DNA from: Clostridia bacterium
GTDB lineage: Bacteria > Bacillota > Clostridia > UBA1381 > UMGS1253
Direction: 5' to 3'
Length of the DNA stretch: 64,000 bases
Assembly (NCBI GenBank): GCA_045636325.1
Contig: JAZTXH010000014.1
Location: 19,637-83,636 of the forward strand
The notes beneath the pieces were generated by a model. The model made no database searches. It was not told where the DNA came from and saw only the letters and a list, made by a program, of their open reading frames with translations. Shown here piece after piece: positions 32,025-40,889 of the stretch. The number at the start of each line of letters is the position of its first letter. The stretch's first letter is position 1. Position numbers and translations under genes: made by a program.

Positions 32025-32741
32025 TTACATATCCCCCTTATTATTTTCTTCATATTCCCTTTCTGCCTGAGATTTTCTGAAATATTCAGGCAAAAGTGAA
32101 ATATAGCTGTCAAATTCTTTATCTTTATAGGCATCCTCTGCCGCAATAGCAACAGATGATGCCCTTTGCACTGCATTATTTACAGGCGCAAATTCCGCAT
32201 AATCGCCTAATTCATTTTGTAAAAATTCTCTATGTACCAAAACGCCGTCACCAAGAAAAATCGCTTTTTTTCCCAACTGAGCTATTTTACACTTCAGCTC
32301 ATCAATGCCAATAGGCATTGTTTCAAAAACAGTCTCAATTTTCCCATGTTCAGCTTTGTATACTCCGGTATAAACCTGATTTCGCCTTGCATCCATTATA
32401 GGAACAATTAACTTCTCTGAATCCGCACACAAAAGATTATGCGCCATAGCAAAAGTAGTATCAACGCCCGCTAAAGGCTTGTTTATTCCATGTGCCAATG
32501 CCTTTGCAGTTTCAACACCAATTCTCAAGCCCGTAAAAGAGCCGGGTCCCTTAGAAACTGCAATTAAATCGATATCCTCTGTATTTACATCGCAAATTTT
32601 TAAAAGCTCTTCTATTACAGGCATCAGCGTCTGAGAATGAGTTTTTTTATGATTCACTGTATACTCACCTAAAAGCTTATTTTCTCTTACAACAGCTACA
32701 CTGACAACATTTGCTGAAGCTTCAAGTGCAAGCACCGTCAT
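32025..32741 (-). CDS. tsaB: tRNA t6A biosynthesis protein TsaB
   Basis: YeaZ-like ASKHA fold (LALEASANVVSVAV, GPGSFTGLRIG). It overlaps the tsaE stop by 4 nt. Confidence 0.9.
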   Translation of the reverse strand: MTVLALEASANVVSVAVVRENKLLGEYTVNHKKTHSQTLMPVIEELLKICDVNTEDIDLIAVSKGPGSFTGLRIGVETAKALAHGINKPLAGVDTTFAMAHNLLCADSEKLIVPIMDARRNQVYTGVYKAEHGKIETVFETMPIGIDELKCKIAQLGKKAIFLGDGVLVHREFLQNELGDYAEFAPVNNAVQRASSVAIAAEDAYKDKEFDSYISLLPEYFRKSQAEREYEENNKGDM

Positions 32742-33181
32742 TCCATATCACCGCCCCTTACAATAATTCTGCGAAAATTTTCCCCAAGACTTATATCCTT
32801 TTTTATATCTACATTAATAACATTTTCAGGCAAAAGCTCACTTATTCTTTCTGACCATTCTATAATGCAAACACCATCACCAAAAAGATAGTCATCAATT
32901 CCTATATCATACATTTCATCGCTTTCATCAATACGATACACATCAAAGTGATAAATCATAATATCTCCGCAATACTCATTTATAAGTGTAAAAGTAGGAC
33001 TTTGTACATATCCCTTATATCCTAGTCCGCGAGCAAATCCACTTGTAAAAGCAGTTTTTCCTGCTCCTAAACCACCATTTAAACAAACAATATCTCCAGG
33101 CTTTATATATTTTGAAAGTTTTTCTGCAATACAAGCAGTCTCTTCTCTGCTATTAGAAACAAATTCCATACTATACTCCAT
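32738..33181 (-). CDS. tsaE: tRNA t6A biosynthesis ATPase TsaE
   Basis: P-loop GGLGAGKT, SPTFTLINEY and HFDVYR motifs. Confidence 0.9.
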   Translation of the reverse strand: MEYSMEFVSNSREETACIAEKLSKYIKPGDIVCLNGGLGAGKTAFTSGFARGLGYKGYVQSPTFTLINEYCGDIMIYHFDVYRIDESDEMYDIGIDDYLFGDGVCIIEWSERISELLPENVINVDIKKDISLGENFRRIIVRGGDME

Positions 33182-33218
33182 TTCAAAATTTCAAGAATTT
33201 CATTCAAAACAAAGAAAA

Positions 33219-34889
33219 TTAAAACAATCCAACAATTTCTCCATTTTCTTTGATATCAATATTCTGTGCTACAGGTGTTTTTGAAAGTCCGGGCATCGTC
33301 ATAATGTCTCCAGTTTGAACAACAACAAAACCTGCACCGGCCGAAACACGAACCTCAGAAACAGTAACATCAAACTCTGACGGACGACCTAAAAGTTTAG
33401 GATTGTCTGAAAGTGAATACTGTGTCTTCGCCACGCAAACTGGAATTTTATCAAAGCCAAGCTTGGTTAATACTTCAATTTGCTTTTTCGCTTTAGGCGT
33501 TACAACAATATCACGTCCGCCGTAAATTTCTTTTACAAGTGTTCTTATTTTATCTTCTATAGATAAATCAAGACTATAAATCGGAGCATAATTTGAACTT
33601 TCTTTATCTAAAGTTTCTACAACTTTCTCCGCAAGCTCAATTCCACCCTCTCCGCCTTTTGCAAACACTTCACTGCAAGCACATTTTACACCAAGTTTTT
33701 TGCAACATTCAGTCACAATCTCAAGTTCTTCTTTACTATCAGTATCAAAAACATTTAGTGCAACAACAACCGGAAGTCCGAATTTTTTCATGTTTTCAAT
33801 ATGCTTTTCCAAATTCACTATGCCTTTTTTCAAAGCTTCAACATTTTCATTCTTCAAATCTTCTTTAGCTACACCACCATTATATTTCAAAGCTCTTACA
33901 GTAGCTACAACTACTGCCATATCAGGCTTTAATTCAGCCATACGACATTTGATATCAAGGAATTTTTCAGCCCCTAAGTCAGCACCAAAACCAGCTTCAG
34001 TTACTACATAGTCTGCCATTTTTAATGCAAGCTTCGTAGCTCTTACACTGTTACATCCGTGTGCAATATTAGCAAATGGACCACCATGCATCAAACAAGG
34101 TGTATTTTCAAGCGTCTGAACAAGATTTGGCATAATTGCATCTTTTAACAGAAGTGTCATAGCACCGTCTGCCTTAAGTTGTTTTGCTGTCACAGGCTCG
34201 CCATCATAATTATAAGCAACGATTATATTTCCTAATCTGTTTTTTAAATCTACCATGTCATCTGCAAGGCATAAAATTGCCATAATCTCCGAAGCAACTG
34301 TAATCATAAAACCATCTTCACGCGGAAAACCATTATTCTTTCCGCCAAGAGAAACCACAACTTGCCTTAATGCACGGTCATTCATATCCAAAACACGCTT
34401 CCACACTACATTTCTTGTATCAATATTCAATTCATTTCCCTGATGAATATGATTATCAATCATTGCAGACAAAAGATTATTCGCTGAAGTTATTGCATGC
34501 ATATCGCCGGTAAAATGAAGATTAATATCCTCCATTGGCACAACCTGTGAATAGCCACCGCCTGCAGCTCCTCCTTTTATACCCATAACAGGGCCAAGCG
34601 AAGGTTCTCGTAACGCTATAACTGCATTTTTATTTATTTTATTAAGTGCTTGTCCAAGACCGACAGTAATTGTAGTTTTTCCCTCACCTGCCGGAGTTGG
34701 ATTAATAGCAGTAACTAAAATCAACTTTCCGTTTTTATTACTTTTTACTCTTTCAAACAATTCATTTGTAAGCTTTGCTTTATATGGACCGTACATATAA
34801 AGCTCTTCGGGCTTTATCTCCAATTTTTCAGCAACCTCTACTATTGGTAACATTTTTGCATTTTGTGCAATTTGGATATCGGTTAACAT
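33219..34889 (-). CDS. fhs: Formate-tetrahydrofolate ligase
   Basis: 556 aa with SDIEIA-like [18 protein letters not shown] and [19 protein letters not shown]. Confidence 0.96.
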   Translation of the reverse strand: MLTDIQIAQNAKMLPIVEVAEKLEIKPEELYMYGPYKAKLTNELFERVKSNKNGKLILVTAINPTPAGEGKTTITVGLGQALNKINKNAVIALREPSLGPVMGIKGGAAGGGYSQVVPMEDINLHFTGDMHAITSANNLLSAMIDNHIHQGNELNIDTRNVVWKRVLDMNDRALRQVVVSLGGKNNGFPREDGFMITVASEIMAILCLADDMVDLKNRLGNIIVAYNYDGEPVTAKQLKADGAMTLLLKDAIMPNLVQTLENTPCLMHGGPFANIAHGCNSVRATKLALKMADYVVTEAGFGADLGAEKFLDIKCRMAELKPDMAVVVATVRALKYNGGVAKEDLKNENVEALKKGIVNLEKHIENMKKFGLPVVVALNVFDTDSKEELEIVTECCKKLGVKCACSEVFAKGGEGGIELAEKVVETLDKESSNYAPIYSLDLSIEDKIRTLVKEIYGGRDIVVTPKAKKQIEVLTKLGFDKIPVCVAKTQYSLSDNPKLLGRPSEFDVTVSEVRVSAGAGFVVVQTGDIMTMPGLSKTPVAQNIDIKENGEIVGLF

Positions 34890-35392
34890 TATTATTCCCC
34901 CACTTCTATATATTTACAGTTTCATTTTATCTGCCTGATGTTAAGAGTACACACATAACTTTATGTGTTTCAAAATCATCTTGAGCTGTCACAAATATTT
35001 TCTTTCTGGTTATGCATGCATTACCATCATCAATCTTTAAGATTAAGTTTTCACGTTTCAAAGATATGAATTGCCTGTTTTAAATTTTTAATAGTCTTTC
35101 ACCTTTAACATTCTTTAAACACACACATGCCCTGTACCTCTCCGGCACAGGGCAATATAACTTATTAAATTAAGCCCAGAACATTTTGCCCGGTTTCTAA
35201 CAAATAATAATTCTTAATATTTACAGCACTTTATACTAACAAGACGAAGTGTGCTCATAACCTCCTTGTTATGATGCAGCTGATTACTCGTAAAGATATT
35301 TAACAACCTCCTCAAGACTCATTCCGCCTAATGGAACAGTAATCCCCCAAGTTTCATTTACAAAATTCCCTCCAAATTATATAGACACAATA

Positions 35393-35421
35393 ATTATACA
35401 TCAAAACGCCGTAATTAGCAA
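35393..35421 (-). promoter_or_regulatory. Near-consensus sigma-A promoter of an orphan short transcription unit
   Basis: TTGCTA-17 nt-TATAAT on the minus strand, about 500 nt upstream of fhs. Confidence 0.55.
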
Positions 35422-35496
35422 GAGTTTTTTGCAGTTTTAATATTAATTTTTTTATGAAATATCCCATACAACAAACCAATCTCTCACAAACAAAAA

Positions 35497-35533
35497 AAAT
35501 ACCGCAAAATTTTTTAAATATTTTTGCGGTATT
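35497..35533 (-). terminator. Intrinsic terminator after tatD
   Basis: Stem ATACCGCAAAA/TTTTGCGGTAT followed by T8 on the minus strand. Confidence 0.8.
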
Positions 35534-35553
35534 TCATAAAAAACAACTTAATA

Positions 35554-36324
35554 TTAAAGTGCAATATTAAAAAGCCTACATCCGTTTTCGGAGGTTGCAA
35601 TTTCGATTTCTTGAAGGCTAACCCCCTTAATCTGCGCAATTTTTTCTGCTATATATCTGAGATTTGAAGAATCATTCCGTTTTCCTCTTAACGGCTCAGG
35701 CGAAAGATAAGGACTATCAGTTTCAATAAATAGCCTGTCCAATGGAACATATTTTACAACATCCGAAAGTTTTGCTGCATTTTTAAATGTAACGGGTCCG
35801 GCAATTGAAATATACATTCCTAAATTAAGAGCCTCTTTTGCCATTTCAACACTACCTGAAAAACAGTGAAATACACCACTGGTTTTATCAACCCGGCACG
35901 CCCTAAGAATATCCATTGTATCCTTATGTGCATCACGATCATGAATTATTACAGGTTTTCCCATTTCATGGGCAAGATTCATCTGTGCTTCAAACCATTT
36001 TATCTGCTTATCCTTATAGTCAAAATCATAATAATAATCAAGCCCTATTTCTCCTATAGCACAAACCTTTGGATGTTTTGAAAGTTCTCTCAAAACATTT
36101 ATACATTCATTTGTCATATGTTCGGTATCATGTGGATGAACGCCTACCGAAGCATATATAAAATTGTACTCTTCGCTTAATGCAATAGCCCTCTTCGATG
36201 ATTCAATATCCGCACCTACATCTACAATCAATCCGACTCCGGAATTCCTTATTTTTTCAATTACTTCTGATCTGTCTGCAGCAAATTTATCATCATCAAT
36301 ATGTGCATGCGTATCAAATAGCAT
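35554..36324 (-). CDS. tatD: TatD-family metal-dependent hydrolase
   Basis: MLFDTHAHIDD..., GEIGLDYYY, IHDRDAH and ETDSPYL motifs. Confidence 0.92.
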   Translation of the reverse strand: MLFDTHAHIDDDKFAADRSEVIEKIRNSGVGLIVDVGADIESSKRAIALSEEYNFIYASVGVHPHDTEHMTNECINVLRELSKHPKVCAIGEIGLDYYYDFDYKDKQIKWFEAQMNLAHEMGKPVIIHDRDAHKDTMDILRACRVDKTSGVFHCFSGSVEMAKEALNLGMYISIAGPVTFKNAAKLSDVVKYVPLDRLFIETDSPYLSPEPLRGKRNDSSNLRYIAEKIAQIKGVSLQEIEIATSENGCRLFNIAL

Positions 36325-36333
36325 ATTATCCTC

Positions 36334-37686
36334 CTAGGCCCTGTCTTTAATTTCTACATAATCTCTTCCACGTATAACAGATTTATATGCAGGACGTATA
36401 ATCCTTTTATTAACAGTAATTTCTTCTATTCTGTGGGCACACCAACCTGTAATTCTTGCTATTGCAAAGAGAGGTGTATACAATTCCTGCGGTATATTAA
36501 GCATTTTATAAACAAACCCAGAATACATATCCACATTAGCACACATAGTTTTACCATTATGTCTTATTTGTTCAAACAATTCAGGTGTTAGTCTTTCAAT
36601 AGTATCATAAAGCATAAACTCTTCCATCATACCTAAACTTTCAGCTAACTCTCTTGCTTTAGCTTTAAGCATCTTTTCTCTGGGGTCTGAAAGAGTATAA
36701 ATAGCATGTCCCATACCATACACAAGCCCGGATTTATCGTAAGTTTCGCCTTTGAGAGTTTTTACAATATAGTCCTTAATCATGCCTTCGTTTGTAATAT
36801 CAGATATATTAGCTTTAAAGTCTTCTATCATTCCCATTACCCTTGCGTTAGCACCACCGTGTCTCGGTCCTTTAAGCGCTCCCACAGCAGCCGCAATTGC
36901 ACTGTAAGTGTCTGTTCCAGATGACGACAGTACTCGTGTCGCAAACGCCGAATTGTTACCGCCGCCATGTTCGGCATGCAACATAAGCGCAAGGTCTAAA
37001 ATTTCTGCTTCCTGACTTGTAAATTTATTATCAGGTCTTATCATATAAAGGAAATTCTCAGCGGTCGACAAATCCTTTTGCGGCGAATGCAGAAACAAAC
37101 TTTTACCATCATGATAATGAGCTTTAGCCTGATATCCATACGCAACCATAACAGGCATGCGCGCAATCAATTCAATAGACTGCCTGAAAATATTTGAAAG
37201 ACTCACCTCATCCGGATTGTCGTCATAAGAATAGCATACAAGCACACATCGTGCCAACTTGTTCATAATATCAGCACTGGGCGCTTTCAAAATCATATCT
37301 TCGGTAAATCCCTGCGGCAGCTGTCTGCAATCTGCCAAAAGATTTTTAAAATATCCAAGTTGTTCTTCAGTGGGCAAATTTCCTGTAAGTAACAAATATG
37401 CTACCTCTTCAAATCCAAATCTTTTTTCTGCTTGACATGATGCAACAATTTTACTTACATCAATACCCCTATACCTCAACCTTCCCTCACAAGGAATTTT
37501 TTCGCCATCATCAAAAACATATCCTTTAACATCGCCTATAGATGTAAGACCTGCCATAACGCCCGAACCGTCGTTCTTTCTAAGACCTCGCTGAACATCA
37601 TATTTTTCGTATAATTCACGTGGTAATGTCTGATACGCATCCTCAACCCCAAAAAAAATCAAATCATTTTCATATGCCATTGACAT
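36334..37686 (-). CDS. Citrate synthase
   Basis: About 450 aa citrate/2-methylcitrate synthase pattern (LMLHAEHGGGNNS, GALKGPRHGGAN, GMGHAIY). The start is ambiguous among ATGs at 37686/37680 after GAGGTG. Confidence 0.88.
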   Translation of the reverse strand: MSMAYENDLIFFGVEDAYQTLPRELYEKYDVQRGLRKNDGSGVMAGLTSIGDVKGYVFDDGEKIPCEGRLRYRGIDVSKIVASCQAEKRFGFEEVAYLLLTGNLPTEEQLGYFKNLLADCRQLPQGFTEDMILKAPSADIMNKLARCVLVCYSYDDNPDEVSLSNIFRQSIELIARMPVMVAYGYQAKAHYHDGKSLFLHSPQKDLSTAENFLYMIRPDNKFTSQEAEILDLALMLHAEHGGGNNSAFATRVLSSSGTDTYSAIAAAVGALKGPRHGGANARVMGMIEDFKANISDITNEGMIKDYIVKTLKGETYDKSGLVYGMGHAIYTLSDPREKMLKAKARELAESLGMMEEFMLYDTIERLTPELFEQIRHNGKTMCANVDMYSGFVYKMLNIPQELYTPLFAIARITGWCAHRIEEITVNKRIIRPAYKSVIRGRDYVEIKDRA

Positions 37687-37882
37687 ATACACCTCACATT
37701 CCAATACGTAAACCCCATATATAAATATTTATATATTTTCGTTTATATCAATTATATCATTACCATTGCAAAAATGCAAGTTTTTTATTTAGAAATTGCA
37801 TTTTTTTGCATTTTTTCCCTTTTCAGTCTGTTTTTTTAGTTTTTATAAACTTTTTCACATTACTTTCTTGCAAAACAATGTT

Positions 37883-38113
37883 TTATATATTTTTTAATTT
37901 TAGTAACAAATCTTCTATTTTATCTTTTGAAATTTTCCCGTCAGCATAAGTCATAATTTTTGCAAGACTCATTTTTTTAGCCATTGCAAACAACGGTCCT
38001 TTCAGCATATGCCCAAACTCAGTTTGTATTAATCTGCTTGCATCTTTATTATTCATTATTTCTCCAAGTGTAATTTCGTTATTTCTTAAATCCATAATCT
38101 CATTTCCTTTCAT
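37883..38113 (-). CDS. Hypothetical small soluble protein
   Basis: 76-aa ORF with no motif I recognise. The real start may be the internal ATG (MDLRNNEITLGEI...). Confidence 0.5.
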   Translation of the reverse strand: MKGNEIMDLRNNEITLGEIMNNKDASRLIQTEFGHMLKGPLFAMAKKMSLAKIMTYADGKISKDKIEDLLLKLKNI

Positions 38114-38195
38114 AAACTTTCGTATATATTTTATTCATTTATTTGAATAAAATGTGTAATTTATCAAATACTATTTCAGCAAGGAGGTGATTTTT

Positions 38196-38366
38196 ATGTC
38201 ATGTAATAAAGCAAATCCAAGCATTGGATGCAGTGTAACTGATTGCAAATATCATTGCCAGTCAGAAAATTATTGTTCACTTGATAAAATAATGGTTGGT
38301 ACACATGAAGCGTGCCCCACTGACGATCAATGTACAGACTGTAAATCATTCCAGCGTAAAAACTAA
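38196..38366 (+). CDS. DUF1540-family Cys-rich mini-protein (56 aa)
   Basis: Not in the ORF track because it is under 60 aa. AAGGAGGTG lies 6 nt before the ATG. The translation MSCNKANPSIGCSVTDCKYHCQSENYCSLDKIMVGTHEACPTDDQCTDCKSFQRKN shows the duplicated C-x-V-x-x-C DUF1540 pattern. Confidence 0.8.
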   Translation: MSCNKANPSIGCSVTDCKYHCQSENYCSLDKIMVGTHEACPTDDQCTDCKSFQRKN

Positions 38367-38464
38367 TTGAAAAAGCTGTCCTTTTTTTCAAGAAACTTAA
38401 AATCCTGCTACACTTTCTTGAGGCAAGGACAGCTTATACATAACCATACACAAGGAGAAAAAAT

Positions 38465-38896
38465 ATGTTAGGAACATTTTTTGCAATAATAGCCGGAACT
38501 GCCATGAGTATACAAGGTGTATTCAATACCAGACTTTCTGAAAAAATAGGTCTCTATGAATCAAATACATTTGTCCAGCTCACTGCTTTTATCGTTTCAT
38601 TAATCGTTATGTTTCTTTTCGGAAAAGGAAACTTTTCAGAAATTGCAAATGTTAATAAGTTATATTTAACAGGAGGTATAATAGGTGTTATAATAACCCT
38701 TACAGTTATGCTTTCTATAGGAAATTTAAACCCCACAATTGCAATAAGCATAATACTTATATCTCAGCTTTTATGCGCTGCTGCAATAGATTTTTTTGGT
38801 CTGTTCGATTCACAGAGCGTAACATTTCACATTACAAAAATAATTGGTACCGTTCTTATGATTGCAGGTGTTATTATTTTTAAACTTAAAAGTTAA
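38465..38896 (+). CDS. DMT-superfamily small transporter (DUF606/YdcZ-like)
   Basis: 143 aa with 4-5 transmembrane helices. N-terminus FFAIIAGTAMSIQGVFNTRLS. RBS AAGGAGAA. Confidence 0.75.
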   Translation: MLGTFFAIIAGTAMSIQGVFNTRLSEKIGLYESNTFVQLTAFIVSLIVMFLFGKGNFSEIANVNKLYLTGGIIGVIITLTVMLSIGNLNPTIAISIILISQLLCAAAIDFFGLFDSQSVTFHITKIIGTVLMIAGVIIFKLKS

Positions 38897-39830
38897 AATC
38901 CGACTCACAAAGTTTTATTAACATGTCAGTTAATGCTTTAACGTCATTTAAATCAATATACTGCCTTGGTGAATCTTTATATTTAGTTGGAATTAATACA
39001 TCCAACACCTTCACACCTTCTCCGCAACATTTTACAAATCCGCCGGCAAATATTCCGTCTTTTGATACCTTTTCAGTATACGAAATATCATTTTCCTCAG
39101 AAACATTCTTCACAATCTGAACTAAATCTGTATCAGAAATCGAATATCCACTTTTCAAATTAATCACAAATCCATTTCCGCATTTAATATTATTTTCCTC
39201 TCCACATACACCAATGCATACGCAATACTGTGGCGCAATACGCTTACCCGCCACTTTTACACCCTTAAACCCAATCTGACTTCTACTTGCAAAAACTGCG
39301 TATATATCATTTTGCGTATTTTTAAAACTTTTTACAGTTTCAATAAGAGTATACACTCCCGCCCTTATACCACAAGCTTTTGCAATTATCGAACTATTCC
39401 CAACGACAGGCTCACTTACAATAGAAAATACCTCCGCAATTCCTGTAGTTTCACCGCACATATCTATATATAAATCGCTACTCTTTAAATCATCCACACT
39501 TTTTTGATTTTCAACACAAACTACACCTTTTTTTCCATTTAAAAATTCTGCAGTCATATTTACCACGCTATCACATTTAACTTCCCCTACAAAGTTAAAA
39601 TAAGCCTTATTGTCATCTGATACATATGTAACAACTCCCCCTGTCTCATCCATTCCGGTACAAAGCATAAGTTTAGGAGCATTGCCACATTTGTGTACAA
39701 TAACATTTCCAACAGAATCTATAATAACCTCATCTGCATATTCCCTAAGTTCATCACAAATAAATTCTGCTAGCTTTTTTTCGTTTGCAGAAACTGCATT
39801 TATATTACATAATTCAATTATTTTTTTCAT
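38886..39830 (-). CDS. M42-peptidase-like protein with all metal ligands substituted (pseudo-peptidase)
   Basis: It aligns by eye with the two upstream M42 paralogs. At the ligand positions it reads CTGMDETG, AKACGIRAG, ASRSQIG and KYKDSP. Confidence 0.75.
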   Translation of the reverse strand: MKKIIELCNINAVSANEKKLAEFICDELREYADEVIIDSVGNVIVHKCGNAPKLMLCTGMDETGGVVTYVSDDNKAYFNFVGEVKCDSVVNMTAEFLNGKKGVVCVENQKSVDDLKSSDLYIDMCGETTGIAEVFSIVSEPVVGNSSIIAKACGIRAGVYTLIETVKSFKNTQNDIYAVFASRSQIGFKGVKVAGKRIAPQYCVCIGVCGEENNIKCGNGFVINLKSGYSISDTDLVQIVKNVSEENDISYTEKVSKDGIFAGGFVKCCGEGVKVLDVLIPTKYKDSPRQYIDLNDVKALTDMLIKLCESDFNF

Positions 39831-39857
39831 AACAATCCGTACCCTTCTGATACTATT

Positions 39858-40883
39858 TTATATAAATTCTCGAACATTTTTCAAAAACTCACTAACAAGA
39901 TTTCTTGCTGAATAATAATCTTTCTTGTTTACAATACCCGCAGGTGAATGTAAATATCTGCACGGCACCGAAACAGCAGCCGTTTTAACACCATTTCCCG
40001 CAACCTGAATCTCTCTTGCATCATTACCTCCGAAATTTGTTCTTTTGTACTGCACACTTATATTTTTATCCTCAGCTAATTTATAAAGTTTTTTTGTGAG
40101 TTCTACATCCGAATATGAGCCTCTGTCAAGTATCGAAAGTACTGCGCCACCGCCAAGAGTCGTAACCTCCATATTTGGTGGCGCACCACTTACATCACTG
40201 CAAATGGTACATTCCAATACAACAGCAATATCAGGCTTAATTCTCTCTGAAACTATTTGTGCACCTCTTGTGCCTATTTCTTCCTGAACAGTAAAACACA
40301 AATATGTGTCATAAAAATACTTTTCTTGAGCAAGAAAAACCATTATATCGCAACCTATTCTGTCATCAAGTGCTTTAGCTAAAATTCTTTCATCACCAAT
40401 TTCAGTGTAAATATCATTAAAGGTTGCATAATCACCAATCTTAACAAATCTTTCAGCTTCAAATTTACTTTTTGCGCCAATATCAATTACTAATTTACTT
40501 TCATCAGCTACACTGTTTCGTTCTTCTTTATTTTGCAGATGAATTGCTTTAAGCCCTATTACGCCCGCTGTTTTATTTTCTCCAACAATAACTCTTTTCC
40601 CGGGCAATATGCGTTCATCATAACCGCCAACCAATTTAAACTTTAAATATCCATCGTCTGTTATGAAGCTTATGATAAAACCAACTTCATCCATATGAGC
40701 AGCAATCATAACCTTCTTTTCAGGACTTTGACCTTTAATATAAGCAACAACATTGCCCATTATGTCAACCTTCACATCATCAACATACGGCTTAATTTTA
40801 TCAATTATGAAATCTGCAACGCGTTCTTCGTCTCCACTCGCTCCACTAATTTCACACAATTCTTTCAAAAACATAAATCTCAC
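39858..40883 (-). CDS. M42-family (TET/FrvX/YsdC-type) aminopeptidase
   Basis: AAHMDEVG, ALDDRIG, QEEIGTRGA and RYLHSP are all present. Confidence 0.88.
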   Translation of the reverse strand: MRFMFLKELCEISGASGDEERVADFIIDKIKPYVDDVKVDIMGNVVAYIKGQSPEKKVMIAAHMDEVGFIISFITDDGYLKFKLVGGYDERILPGKRVIVGENKTAGVIGLKAIHLQNKEERNSVADESKLVIDIGAKSKFEAERFVKIGDYATFNDIYTEIGDERILAKALDDRIGCDIMVFLAQEKYFYDTYLCFTVQEEIGTRGAQIVSERIKPDIAVVLECTICSDVSGAPPNMEVTTLGGGAVLSILDRGSYSDVELTKKLYKLAEDKNISVQYKRTNFGGNDAREIQVAGNGVKTAAVSVPCRYLHSPAGIVNKKDYYSARNLVSEFLKNVREFI

Positions 40884-40889
40884 CTCTTC

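Noticed and set aside
34890-35553. Looked for a ZTP (pfl) or THF riboswitch upstream of fhs, a common association
   Set aside because: I could not find the conserved GGGUCGUGACUGGCG / CCGCCUGGGCA blocks on either strand, or anything resembling the THF aptamer. Only isolated GGCGGA and CUGGGC fragments are present. This needs cmscan to be definitive.
38194-38391. 65-aa minus-strand ORF from the track
   Set aside because: It has no RBS and its sequence is nonsensical. The plus strand at the same locus encodes a DUF1540 protein with a perfect SD.
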